A stretch of 60,052 nt of DNA from positions 1 through 60,052 of the forward strand of contig CAZIPT010000004.1 of the NCBI GenBank assembly GCA_964541375.1, read 5' to 3'. This document shows positions 47,778-57,443 of this stretch, in pieces. The position numbers and the translations under genes are program-made. The stretch comes from an uncultured Eubacteriales bacterium (GTDB lineage Bacteria > Actinomycetota > Coriobacteriia > Anaerosomatales > JAAXUF01). How positions within the stretch are numbered: the first letter of the stretch is position 1; the number at the start of each line of letters is the position of its first letter. The notes under the pieces are model-generated. The model searched no databases and had not been told where the DNA came from. It saw nothing but the letters and a program-made list of their open reading frames with translations.

Positions 47778-47793
47778 GTAGGCCACGGCTCGG

Positions 47794-48996
47794 CTACCGG
47801 TCGTGCGGCTCCACCATCGCGCGCGCCGCTTCAGTCGCCTCGCGCGCGACGTCTGCGTAGACGCGGCCCGTCTCACGCGCGATGCGCGCCACGTCGTCGT
47901 GCTCGGGACGCAGCCGTCCCGCGCCGACCTTCACGCGCACAGGCCCCCACTCGGTCGCGACCTGGATGACCTCACGGGGGACTACGACTCGCTGGGTCAT
48001 GCGAACTCGAACGCCCAGCGACCCGGTCAGCTCACTCACGCGCCCGGCCATTCGCGCCATGTCGGCATCTGCACTCAGCACAGAAAGCAGCACCGCCGAT
48101 CGACCCTTCTTCATGACGATCGGTGTCTGCCACACGTCGAGCGCTCCCTCGCCGAGCAACTCCTCGGCGGCGAATGCGAGCGCTTCGGGTGAGAGGTGGT
48201 CGAGGTTGGTCTCGAGCAGTGCGACGGATTCGGTGATCGAGCCGTCCGGCGCCGGCGCAACTTCGGGCGTGAGCTCGGCGAGAAGCAGCCGGCAGACATT
48301 GGGCACGCCGATGTCCCGCGTGCCCGCGCCGTAGCCGATGCCGAGGATCGTGGCCGGCGGCATCGCCGAGAACCCGTCCACGCACGCCGCGAGAAGCGCC
48401 GCGCCGGTGGGGGTGGTGAGTTCGCCCTCGGAGGGGCCCGTCACGAGCGGCACCTCGGCGCCTTGCAACAGCAGCGCCGTCGCGGGTGCGGGGACCGGCA
48501 GTATTCCGTGAGAGGTCTCGACCGTGCCCGAGCCTACGGCCACCGGGGTAGCCAGCAGCGAGGTGATCCCCAGAGCGTGCAGCCCCGCGCACACGCCGAC
48601 CATGTCGATGATGGAGTCGATCGCCCCGACTTCGTGGAAGTGCACCTCGTCGACGCTGGTCCCGTGGACGCTCGCCTCGGCCTCGGCGAGTACGCCGAAG
48701 GCCCGAATTGCGCGCTCAAGAACCGGCGCGGGCAGACCAGCGCCGTTCAGAGACGCCCGAATGTCGGCCCAGCTCCGCGAGTGGGGCTGTCCTTCCGCGG
48801 CCACGCGCACACCCACGGCGCTCACGCCGCGCGAGCTCACGCGCTCGACCACCACGCGCGCCTCGGGCGCGAGCTTCGCGGCGATGTCGGCGAGGTGCTC
48901 GGCGGTGAATCGGCAGCCGTCCGTCCCGGCGTCGAGCAGCGCGCCGAGGAACTTGTCGCCGGAGACGCCGGTCGAGCAGTCGAGGTAGCCGATCAC
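47794..48996 (-). CDS. larC: Nickel pincer cofactor biosynthesis protein LarC
   Basis: GVSGD, HFHEVGAIDSIID, ELTTPTGAA, ETNLD, MKKGR motifs. Confidence 0.92.
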   Translation of the reverse strand: MIGYLDCSTGVSGDKFLGALLDAGTDGCRFTAEHLADIAAKLAPEARVVVERVSSRGVSAVGVRVAAEGQPHSRSWADIRASLNGAGLPAPVLERAIRAFGVLAEAEASVHGTSVDEVHFHEVGAIDSIIDMVGVCAGLHALGITSLLATPVAVGSGTVETSHGILPVPAPATALLLQGAEVPLVTGPSEGELTTPTGAALLAACVDGFSAMPPATILGIGYGAGTRDIGVPNVCRLLLAELTPEVAPAPDGSITESVALLETNLDHLSPEALAFAAEELLGEGALDVWQTPIVMKKGRSAVLLSVLSADADMARMAGRVSELTGSLGVRVRMTQRVVVPREVIQVATEWGPVRVKVGAGRLRPEHDDVARIARETGRVYADVAREATEAARAMVEPHDR

Positions 48997-49829
48997 GGCG
49001 TGGTCTTCTCGGCAGGCGGCAGAGTGGAGCGGTCGATGGTGGTGTCGGCCAGCCGGGCCGGCGGCCGGTTGATGCGGGCGGCGAGCACAGCGGCGCCGTA
49101 TCCGTTGTCGATGTTGACGACGCCGATGCCCCCAGCGCAGGAGTTCAGCATGGTGAGGAGCGCCGCGACGCCGCCGAAGTTGGCGCCGTACCCCACGCTG
49201 GTGGGAACGGCGATGACCGGCACGTCGACCAGGCCCGCGACGATTGACGGCAGGGCGCCTTCCATGCCGGCGACGGCGACGATCGCTCGGGCCGAGCGCA
49301 GCGTGTCCGTATGCGCAAGCAGCCGGTGGACGCCGGCGACTCCCACGTCGAATAGCCGAGTGACCCGGCAGCCCATGACCTCGGCGCAGACAGCGGCCTC
49401 TTCGGCGACCGGGATGTCTGCGGTGCCCCCGGTCGCGACCACCACGTGGCCCTCGCTCGGCGGGTCTTCTCGGCGGTCGACGACGATGACGCTGGCGGCC
49501 TCGTGCCAGACGGCGTCGGGAGCGACCTCGCGAAGCGCCGAGAACTGCTCGGTCGAAGCGCGCGTCGCGAGCACCACCTCGCCATGCGCCAGGATCTCGG
49601 TCGCGATCCCCGCAACCTGCTGTGCGGTCTTGCCCTGGCAGAAGATGACCTCGGGAAAGCCGGTTCGCACGTCGCGGTGGTGGTCGACGCGCGCCGAGAT
49701 GGTGCCCTCAGCCGATCCGGCCGCGATCTCGGCGAACGGCAGCGAGGAGAGTTCCTGGGCCGCCTGGTCGGGCGAGAGCGCTCCCGCCGAGACGGCTGCG
49801 AGCAGTTCGATGAGGTGCTGCTGATCCAC
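48993..49829 (-). CDS. larB: Nickel pincer cofactor biosynthesis protein LarB
   Basis: GFPEVIFCQGK, DVGVAGVHR, AGMEGAL, PTSVGYG, VNIDNG motifs. Confidence 0.95.
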   Translation of the reverse strand: MDQQHLIELLAAVSAGALSPDQAAQELSSLPFAEIAAGSAEGTISARVDHHRDVRTGFPEVIFCQGKTAQQVAGIATEILAHGEVVLATRASTEQFSALREVAPDAVWHEAASVIVVDRREDPPSEGHVVVATGGTADIPVAEEAAVCAEVMGCRVTRLFDVGVAGVHRLLAHTDTLRSARAIVAVAGMEGALPSIVAGLVDVPVIAVPTSVGYGANFGGVAALLTMLNSCAGGIGVVNIDNGYGAAVLAARINRPPARLADTTIDRSTLPPAEKTTP

Positions 49830-49924
49830 GATCCTGGCTCCGGTCTGGTGGGGTTCTTTGCGCTCAAGAGTGCGATTGGTGCTCGGCTATACTTGTACCA
49901 CGACAGCGACGGGAGCAATGACGC

Positions 49925-50743
49925 ATGCCCAGATACGCCTTTCTCGGCCCGGCCGGGACCTTCTCGGAAGAAGCTCTGCTCACGTTGGGAATCGCCGACC
50001 TCGAGCCGGTGGCCTGCGCGAGCATCGGCGACGTGTTCGAGGCCGTGGAGCGCGGGCAGGCCGACGCCGGCATCGTCCCGATCGAGAACTCCGTCGAGGG
50101 TTCCGTGCCGGCGACGCTCGACGCTCTCGCGTTCGACACCTCGCTGGAGATTCAGGCCGAGATCGTTCTCGATATCCACCACGCGCTCATCACAGCGCCG
50201 GGAGCGGACCTGGCGCGTATCGAATCGGTCGCTTCGCACCCGCAGGCGACCGGGCAGGCACGCCGCTGGCTGGCGCGCAACCTCCCCGGCCGCACGATCG
50301 TGGCCGCCAACTCAACCGCCGAGGCGGTGCAGCAGGCCGTAGGCGATCCCGCGGTCGCCGCGGTCGGTACCCGGCTGGCCGCCGAGCTCTACGGCGGTGA
50401 GATCCGCGAGCCCGCTATCGAGGACTACGCGGACAACCAGACCCGGTTCGTGGTCATCGGCCGCGGGCTTCGCGAGCGCACGGGCAACGACAAGACTTCG
50501 CTCGCGCTCTTCATGAAGGCCGACCGTCCGGGCAATCTGCACATGATCCTGGGAGAGTTCGTCTACGGCGGCATCAACCTGAGCAAGATCCAGTCGCGAC
50601 CCACAAAGCGGCAGCTCGGCGACTACATGTTCTTCATCGACCTGCAGGGCCACGTCGACGACGCGAACGTCAAGACGGCGCTTGACTGCCTGCGGCTGAA
50701 GTTGCGCGAAGTGCGCATCCTGGGGAGCTATCCGCGGGCGTAG
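49925..50743 (+). CDS. pheA: Prephenate dehydratase
   Basis: LGPAGTFSEEA, PIENSVEG, NQTRF, ACT domain with QSRP. Confidence 0.95.
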   Translation: MPRYAFLGPAGTFSEEALLTLGIADLEPVACASIGDVFEAVERGQADAGIVPIENSVEGSVPATLDALAFDTSLEIQAEIVLDIHHALITAPGADLARIESVASHPQATGQARRWLARNLPGRTIVAANSTAEAVQQAVGDPAVAAVGTRLAAELYGGEIREPAIEDYADNQTRFVVIGRGLRERTGNDKTSLALFMKADRPGNLHMILGEFVYGGINLSKIQSRPTKRQLGDYMFFIDLQGHVDDANVKTALDCLRLKLREVRILGSYPRA

Positions 50744-50758
50744 CGACCGACGTCGGCG

Positions 50759-51187
50759 CTACTTGTTCGAGCTGTAGACGCGCCCGGCGTCGTAGACTCC
50801 GTCGACGTCGGCGAGGATCCTGACGACCGTGTCCTCGGTACCGGCCGGGACTGAGATCACGTAACGCCCGCCGCCCAGGTCGGTGATCGTGGAGTTCTCG
50901 AGGCCGGCGACGCGCAGTACGGCCGAGAGGTCACCGCCTTGAGCGACCCATGCCGACACCACGCCTGGAGCCGCATTCAGCCCTTCAACCGGCACGATCT
51001 TCTTGCCGCGGTTGGTGGAGCCTCCGCCTCTCACGGTCGCGGAGCCAAACCCGCCGAACAGCATCAGCGCCAGAACCACGGCGACCACGGCCAGTGCCAC
51101 ACCGACGAGACTGAGCACTTCGCGGTTGGCGCGCGCGCGAACCGCGGCAGTATGGGCATGCGGCTTCAGGATTGGTTCGTCGGCCAA
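50759..51187 (-). CDS. Hypothetical membrane-anchored protein
   Basis: TTG 51187 after AAGGGGG; one TM followed by a small alpha/beta domain. Confidence 0.6.
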   Translation of the reverse strand: MADEPILKPHAHTAAVRARANREVLSLVGVALAVVAVVLALMLFGGFGSATVRGGGSTNRGKKIVPVEGLNAAPGVVSAWVAQGGDLSAVLRVAGLENSTITDLGGGRYVISVPAGTEDTVVRILADVDGVYDAGRVYSSNK

Positions 51188-51468
51188 GTGGTTCCCCCTT
51201 CGAGCATCCCCCTCACAGAATGCTCTCCACTCTTGAAGATGTCGGCCGACCGCGTCGCACACGCCGCCGCCGCTGACTCGCTTCGATGTGAGTCCGCAGC
51301 GCTGGTAGTGGGCCGGCTCCACAAGCATAGCCGAGTGGGGCGGCATGCAGGTCATTGCTCGGCAAGAGTGATGCGCTATTCGGTGAACGGTCTACGGGGC
51401 TGCGCTCTGCGCGCTCGGCTGAGGACGCTGCTGTTGCAGCGATCGGGCGACAGAGTCCTCGCGCGAAT

Positions 51469-52266
51469 TCACAGCGGCGCGAGAACCTCGCGCACGATCT
51501 GCTGGTAGTCCGGTTCCACATCGCCAGACCGCCACGCGTCGACGACGGCGACTCCCGCCGGCTCGAAGAATCCACGCAGGTAGGCCTCGTAGTTGTGCGC
51601 GTCCAGCTCTACGGTCCCGTCGGCGCGCACGTAGTTGCCGCTGTGGACGCACTCGAGCCGCTCGAGCCCCTCGCGCCAGTCGCCGACAAGTGCCGCGATC
51701 TGATCGCCACTCGCCGAGCGGACCGGCGTCAGCAGCTCGACTCCGGCGTGGGCAAGCACGCGGGTCTCTGCATCGATTGACGCAGCGGTCTGCGAGAGCT
51801 TTATGCGGCCGTCGTGGGTATCGCGCTCGCCCGTGATGACCGGTGCGTTCCCGAGCGCCCACGACAGCGGGACGCGCGCCATGTGCACGTAGAGGTGACA
51901 CGCGAGGCAGGGCGAGCACATCCCCCACCGTGCGCCGATCTCGGCGGCGAACCGGCCGTTGAGCGCCGCCCACAGTGCCGGCGAGCCGAGTCGGATCGGA
52001 TCGAGCACATCGGCCTCTCCGTCCAACAGCGTTCGCAGCGCTGCGACGGCGTCGAGCACTGAGTCGGCACGGCCGTACTCGGTTCCCGTAGCCACGCTTG
52101 TGGGCAGAATCGCCGAGAACCCGCCGGCGCGGACAGCTTCCACTGCGGCGGCGATCGAGTCACGCCCGGCTATCGCTGTGATCGCGAGCCCGGGCAGTGC
52201 CCGGAGCAGGTGGAGCCTCGGACCTCCGATGGCTTCGGTGGGGTGCTCGGCGGCGATGAAGCTCAC
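51469..52266 (-). CDS. Hypothetical protein with PP-loop-like motif and Cys cluster
   Basis: IAGRDS resembles SGGxDS; CSPCLACH; ITGER; GTGA overlap with the upstream cyclase. Confidence 0.65.
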   Translation of the reverse strand: MSFIAAEHPTEAIGGPRLHLLRALPGLAITAIAGRDSIAAAVEAVRAGGFSAILPTSVATGTEYGRADSVLDAVAALRTLLDGEADVLDPIRLGSPALWAALNGRFAAEIGARWGMCSPCLACHLYVHMARVPLSWALGNAPVITGERDTHDGRIKLSQTAASIDAETRVLAHAGVELLTPVRSASGDQIAALVGDWREGLERLECVHSGNYVRADGTVELDAHNYEAYLRGFFEPAGVAVVDAWRSGDVEPDYQQIVREVLAPL

Positions 52267-53183
52267 TGCGTCTGCGCCCTGAACTCGGCACGAGCTCGCT
52301 TCGCCTCATACATGGCGATATCCGCGCGCATGATGAGCGACCGCACGTCGTCCTTGATGGGATCGAAGACCGCCGAGCCGACACTGGAGGTCACTTGGAG
52401 CGAGGTGCCGTCGATCACGATCGGTTCGCCGAGCCGGGTAGCCAGCTTTTCGACGATGCCCTGAAGGGCTCCCGCCGTGGCCAGCTGTGGGAAGATCACG
52501 ACGAACTCGTCCCCGCCGAAACGCGCGGCGGTGTCTATCTCGCGCACGCTGTTTGAGAGCCGCTCGCCCAGAGTGACCAGAACGCGGTCGCCGGTCTCGT
52601 GACCGAAACGGTCGTTGACCGACTTGAATGCGTCGACGTCGATGTAGGCGATTCCCACGGTGTTCCCATGACGCCTGGAGCCGGCGATGGCCAAGTCGAG
52701 ACGGTCCTCGAAGAGCGCCCTGTTGGCGAGGCCGGTAAGTGAGTCATGGAACGCGCGGTACTTCAGGAGTTCCTCGGCGCGCATCTTGTCTGTGACATCG
52801 TGGCTGACCGACACCACCACCGGCTCGTCGCCGGCATCGCCCTCGGCGAAGCAAGCATGGACCTCGACGAACCGGCGCTCGCCCGTGCGCATCCGTTCCG
52901 CGCGGAACACCAAGGAGCCGTGCTTGGCGATCTGGGCGACCATCTGATTTCGCTGCTCAGGCGTGAAGTTGCCCAAGAAGCCCCAGGGTGGCAGTTCGGC
53001 AAACTCCTCGCGCGTCAGGCCGGCGTGTTCGGCCGCAACGTCGTTGAAGAAGAGCACGCGACCGTCGATCGTGTGGACGAGGATGCTGTCGAGCGAACTC
53101 TTCAGGGCGAGATTGACGATCTTGAGCTGGCGTTGAAGCTCCGCCAGGTCGTCGGACTCGCAGTTGATGTGACGATGCGGCAC
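52263..53183 (-). CDS. PAS-GGDEF diguanylate cyclase
   Basis: HDSLTGLANR, REID I-site, GGDEF. Confidence 0.9.
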   Translation of the reverse strand: MPHRHINCESDDLAELQRQLKIVNLALKSSLDSILVHTIDGRVLFFNDVAAEHAGLTREEFAELPPWGFLGNFTPEQRNQMVAQIAKHGSLVFRAERMRTGERRFVEVHACFAEGDAGDEPVVVSVSHDVTDKMRAEELLKYRAFHDSLTGLANRALFEDRLDLAIAGSRRHGNTVGIAYIDVDAFKSVNDRFGHETGDRVLVTLGERLSNSVREIDTAARFGGDEFVVIFPQLATAGALQGIVEKLATRLGEPIVIDGTSLQVTSSVGSAVFDPIKDDVRSLIMRADIAMYEAKRARAEFRAQTQ

Positions 53184-53234
53184 GCGGTGGGGCTCTCTCT
53201 CGGCGTCACGGCCTTCTCAGGCCCTGTATCCATA

Positions 53235-53262
53235 CTATCGGTTGGCGGGTGCGCCACCATGA
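53235..53262 (-). promoter_or_regulatory. Sigma28 (FliA/WhiG)-like promoter
   Basis: TCAT-N16-ACCGATAG, about 50 bp upstream of the cyclase start. Confidence 0.45.
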
Positions 53263-53310
53263 ATCCGATGCGCGCTATGCCGTTCATCGAAAGGGAGAGG
53301 CCCCGAGATG

Positions 53311-53919
53311 TCAGCCCACGTCGCCCCACAGCCACAGGCTCGCCACGCTCCGCCACGGCCTCCAACGCATCCCCCGTTCCGCGAGCTCCTCACGGGTCGC
53401 GGCTCGGTCAAGCCCCATCGCCCGTCCGGCGCTGTTGCGTAGCCCCAGATCGTCCACGGCCAACACGTCGAGCCTGCCGAGCGCGAAGATCAGGTACATC
53501 TCGGCGGTCCACCGGCCAACCCCGCGCAGGCGCACCAACTCCTCGATGACCGCCTCGTCGTCGAGGGATTCGAGTCCGTCCCAGTCGATCTCGCCAGCGA
53601 TGGTGCAGCGCGCGATACCCTGCAGGTACTCGACCTTCCGCCCCGAGAGCCCCGCCGCCCGCAACACCGCCACGTCGGCGGCAGCCAACGATTCCGGGGA
53701 GGTGCCGACTCGCTCGGCGACACGCGCCCAAATGGTCGAGGCGGCCTTCTCGGAGAGCTGTTGCGAGACGATCGACCGGGCGATGACCGAGAAGCCGCCG
53801 CCTACAAAGGAACCGTCGACCCGTCCGACCCGGTCGATGAGCGCGCCGAGTTCCGGGTCTGCGAGCGCAAGCTCGCGAGAGGGTTCGTCGTCCGATGTGT
53901 ACGTGATCGTGCGCGGCAT
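53311..53919 (-). CDS. DNA-3-methyladenine glycosylase II (AlkA family)
   Basis: IVSQQLS, LRGVGRWTAEM, DDLG, WRPWRS motifs. Confidence 0.9.
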   Translation of the reverse strand: MPRTITYTSDDEPSRELALADPELGALIDRVGRVDGSFVGGGFSVIARSIVSQQLSEKAASTIWARVAERVGTSPESLAAADVAVLRAAGLSGRKVEYLQGIARCTIAGEIDWDGLESLDDEAVIEELVRLRGVGRWTAEMYLIFALGRLDVLAVDDLGLRNSAGRAMGLDRAATREELAERGMRWRPWRSVASLWLWGDVG

Positions 53920-53967
53920 GCATCCAGTGTACGCGCGCCGAGGAAGACCATGGGTTCCTCGGCAGGA

Positions 53968-54960
53968 TCAGGCCGTCTGGCGCTTGGCCATCTGCTCGAC
54001 CCGGAACTCCTCCCACCCCGAGAGGCCGTCCTGCTTCGCGCGGTACATGGCGTGATCCGCCCGGTTGATGAGCTCGTCGGTTGCCTCGCCTTGGACGTAG
54101 ACTGCCAAGCCGACGCTTGCGGTCACCGTGACATTGTGACCGCCGATCTGGATCGGCACATCGATGCAGCCAGAGATCGAGGCAGCGATGCTCGCGAGGT
54201 CGTCAACGCAGCCCAGCCGGGGGAACAGCGCGACAAATTCATCGCCGCCGACGCGAGCGACGGTATCGGACTCGCGCATGCACGCCCGGAGCCGCTCGGA
54301 GACGATCTTGAGGACTTCGTCGCCTGTAGCGTGTCCCAATGTGTCATTGACGGGCTTGAAGTCGTCCAGGTCGGTATAGACCACGCCGACGATGTCGCCA
54401 TGTCGATCGGAGTTGGCCAGTGCCAGCTGCATCCGCTCTTCAAGAAGACCTCGATTGGGCAGCCCCGTGAGCGGGTCGTGGAGCGCCATGTGGCGAATGC
54501 GCGCCTCGGCGTGTACCCGATCGGTGACGTCATGGATGACCGAGACCACGATCTCGCCGTAGCGGAAGGTGTTGCATGTTCGTGCGCGGATCTGGGTGTG
54601 CGTGTGCGAGCCGTCGGGTTTCGTCGGGCCGCGACCGGCGAACACGGCCCCGCCCGGCTTGCGGATCTCGGCCATCCGATCAGGAACAAGGTTGCGAGCC
54701 TCGGGTGGTATCCACCCCCACGGCTCCAAGTGGCCGAAGCTGTTGCGGCACAGGCCGTAGATCTCACACGCGGCCTCGTTGAAGTAGATGACCTCGCCGT
54801 CGAGGGTGTGCGCTAGGACCCCCTCACCTATGGCGTCGAGAAGGGAGGAGTGGAACTCAAGCGCCTCATGGCACTCCATGAGCGACTTTGCTGCTGCATC
54901 CGTCGGACGTAAACTCCGTTCGACTCGGTTATTGCCATGGTTGCCCCCCCGGACGTCCAT
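53968..54960 (-). CDS. PAS-GGDEF diguanylate cyclase
   Basis: HDPLTGLPNR, RESD I-site, GGDEF; paralog of 52263-53183; start uncertain. Confidence 0.9.
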   Translation of the reverse strand: MDVRGGNHGNNRVERSLRPTDAAAKSLMECHEALEFHSSLLDAIGEGVLAHTLDGEVIYFNEAACEIYGLCRNSFGHLEPWGWIPPEARNLVPDRMAEIRKPGGAVFAGRGPTKPDGSHTHTQIRARTCNTFRYGEIVVSVIHDVTDRVHAEARIRHMALHDPLTGLPNRGLLEERMQLALANSDRHGDIVGVVYTDLDDFKPVNDTLGHATGDEVLKIVSERLRACMRESDTVARVGGDEFVALFPRLGCVDDLASIAASISGCIDVPIQIGGHNVTVTASVGLAVYVQGEATDELINRADHAMYRAKQDGLSGWEEFRVEQMAKRQTA

Positions 54961-55010
54961 CTGGACTACACCCCATTCTGCCCTAAGTCCTACGACCTTC
55001 TATGGCACCT

Positions 55011-55037
55011 ATATCGGCAAGTGCGGCCGTTTCGTGA
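55011..55037 (-). promoter_or_regulatory. Sigma28 (FliA/WhiG)-like promoter
   Basis: TCAC-N15-GCCGATAT, 50 bp upstream of 54960. Confidence 0.55.
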
Positions 55038-55180
55038 AGGACTCTTGACGGAAACATTCGGTCGCTCAGTAACGCTTCGGCACCGCACTGCCACCCACGC
55101 CATGCAGGGACTTAGCCCTGGTTCCGCTATACTTCCAGCGTCCCTTGGGTCGCACATGGCAGCGCGTTTGTGGAGGCATC

Positions 55181-56464
55181 ATGCTCGACGCCCGATTCGT
55201 CCGCGACAACCCCGAGGCCGTTCGCGCTGCGATGGCGAACCGCCGGTCCACGTGGGACGTCGACACGTTCCTGAAGCTCGACGAGGAGCGCCGTTCGCTC
55301 ATTGTCGAAGTAGAGTCGCTCCAGGCCCAGCGCAACGAGGCCTCAAAGGCGATCGGCGCGCTGATGAAAGATGCGAAGCGCGACGAGGCCGAGATCGCCA
55401 AGGAGCAGGTGCGCCTCATCAACGAGCGCATCACCGGGCTCGAGGCGCACCTCGACGCCGTCGACGCAGACGTTCGCGACCTGCTGATGACCGCGCCCAA
55501 CATCCCCGACGCCTCAGTGCCGATCGGCGCCGAGGAGAGCGAGAACGTCGAGGTCAAGCGTTGGGGCACGCCGCCCACATTCGAGTTCGAGCCGCTCGGG
55601 CACTGGGACCTCGGCCCGGCGCTCGGCATCCTGGACTTCGAGCGCGCGGTCAAGCTCTCCGGATCGCGCTTCGTCCTTCTCGGCGGTATGGGCGCGAAGC
55701 TCAATCGCGCACTCATCAACTTCATGCTCGACACACAGAGCCAGGCGGGCTACCGCGAGTGGGCGCCGCCGGTGCTCGCAAACGCCGACACGCTGACAGG
55801 CACGGGCCAGCTGCCCAAGTTCGAGGAGGACCTCTACAAGACCACCGAGGGGCTCTACCTGATCCCCACGGCCGAGGTCATGCTCACCAACATCCATCGC
55901 GACGAGGTGCTCGAGGCCGAACAGCTGCCGCTCCACTACACCGCCTACACGCCGTGCTTCCGCGAGGAGGCCGGGTCCGCTGGCCGCGACACCCGCGGGA
56001 TGATCCGCGTCCACCAGTTCGACAAAGTCGAGCTCGTTAAGTTCGCCAAGCCCGAGGAGAGCTTCGACGCGCTTGAGGGCATGCTCCTCGACGCGGAGCG
56101 CATCCTGCAGCTGCTTGGGCTCGCCTACCGCGTCATCGTTCTGTGCACCGGCGATATGGGCTTCGGCGCGGCCAAAACGTACGACATCGAGGTCTGGCTG
56201 CCCAGCTACGGCGCGTACAAGGAGATCTCGAGTTGCAGCAACTGCATCGACTTCCAGGCTCGCCGAGCCGCCATCAAGTACCGCTCGCCCGTCGAGTTCA
56301 AGGGCTCACGCCTCGTGCACACGCTCAACGGTAGCGGACTGGCGGTTGGCCGGACGCTCGCGGCAGTGCTGGAGAACTGCCAGCAGGCCGACGGTTCGGT
56401 GGTCGTCCCCGAGGTGCTGCGCCCCTACCTGGGCGGGGTCGAGCGGATCACAGCAGAAGACTAG
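55181..56464 (+). CDS. serS: Serine--tRNA ligase
   Basis: LIPTAEV, FREEAGSAGRDTRG, EISSCSNC, HTLNGSGLA; ATG after GGAGG. Confidence 0.97.
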   Translation: MLDARFVRDNPEAVRAAMANRRSTWDVDTFLKLDEERRSLIVEVESLQAQRNEASKAIGALMKDAKRDEAEIAKEQVRLINERITGLEAHLDAVDADVRDLLMTAPNIPDASVPIGAEESENVEVKRWGTPPTFEFEPLGHWDLGPALGILDFERAVKLSGSRFVLLGGMGAKLNRALINFMLDTQSQAGYREWAPPVLANADTLTGTGQLPKFEEDLYKTTEGLYLIPTAEVMLTNIHRDEVLEAEQLPLHYTAYTPCFREEAGSAGRDTRGMIRVHQFDKVELVKFAKPEESFDALEGMLLDAERILQLLGLAYRVIVLCTGDMGFGAAKTYDIEVWLPSYGAYKEISSCSNCIDFQARRAAIKYRSPVEFKGSRLVHTLNGSGLAVGRTLAAVLENCQQADGSVVVPEVLRPYLGGVERITAED

Positions 56465-56511
56465 TCTCGAGACCGGGTGGCGCAAGCCGCGCCCCGTCAA
56501 CGAGCACGGTG

Positions 56512-57279
56512 CTAGTCGACGATCGCGTTGACTACTACCATCCCGGCCCTGATTCCGTTGTTTGCGAGAGGGTACGCATCGGCGGTCAGGTGCCGTGCCA
56601 GTCCGTCCAACCCAAGAACCTTCAGCGGGATGTTCTTCAGACTGCTATCCCCGTCAAGCAGCAGCCGACGGCGCTGTCGGCCGGCGGCGGTGGCATCAGG
56701 ATGCACGATCAGCTCTATCGGCCGACCCTCCAGGTCCTCGGGCGACTGAGCGCCCAGAACCCGCCGGCAGGCGAGGTTGGCGAAGAGGATCGTCGCGTCA
56801 TCGTGGATAAGCAGAATATCCGGCAGCACCTCGAGGGAGGCGCTGAACATGTCGCTCCGTGTCACGCCGGGGTCGGTGACCACCGATCCGACGGGGGACG
56901 AGCCTCCGACATCAGCCGCGACGCTGTACACGATGGCGATGACCCCCTCGTATTCGATGGGGCGGGCGTCGACAAGCGCCGCGATGGTCGTTCCATCGTG
57001 GCTGATGACCTTGGCAGGCAGTCCCAGGAGATGCTGACGGCACTCCACGATCAACGTACGCCGAATGTGACCCGGCGTGCTCATGTCCGGATGAACCAGG
57101 TCGCTGATGGAGCGGCCGACCACGTCGTCGATGGATGGCGCTCGCAGCAGACGGACGGCGGCATCGTTCGCGAAGAGGATTTTGTCCGCGTCACAGATTA
57201 TGGTCGGCCTGGAGAGCGCGTCGAGCGCGGCGCGGCATAGGCCCGCTAGCTGTTCGCCATCGATCGCTGTTTCGGACAT
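56512..57279 (-). CDS. Stand-alone tandem PAS-PAS protein
   Basis: Two similar repeats ILFAN...GR.I..L/IVHPD; no output domain. Confidence 0.8.
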   Translation of the reverse strand: MSETAIDGEQLAGLCRAALDALSRPTIICDADKILFANDAAVRLLRAPSIDDVVGRSISDLVHPDMSTPGHIRRTLIVECRQHLLGLPAKVISHDGTTIAALVDARPIEYEGVIAIVYSVAADVGGSSPVGSVVTDPGVTRSDMFSASLEVLPDILLIHDDATILFANLACRRVLGAQSPEDLEGRPIELIVHPDATAAGRQRRRLLLDGDSSLKNIPLKVLGLDGLARHLTADAYPLANNGIRAGMVVVNAIVD

Positions 57280-57443
57280 TCTCGGTCTCCGTTGGCAGAC
57301 GTGAGATCGTGCGCTGTCATGGTCGATTGTCGCATTCGGGAGTGACAAGAGGGTGCGACTCTCTCACTCCACTGTAAGCGAGTGCCGTGCCCGAGGTGGC
57401 GTTTCTGAGATTCCCGTAACGCCGTGTGCTCGACAGTGCGTCG

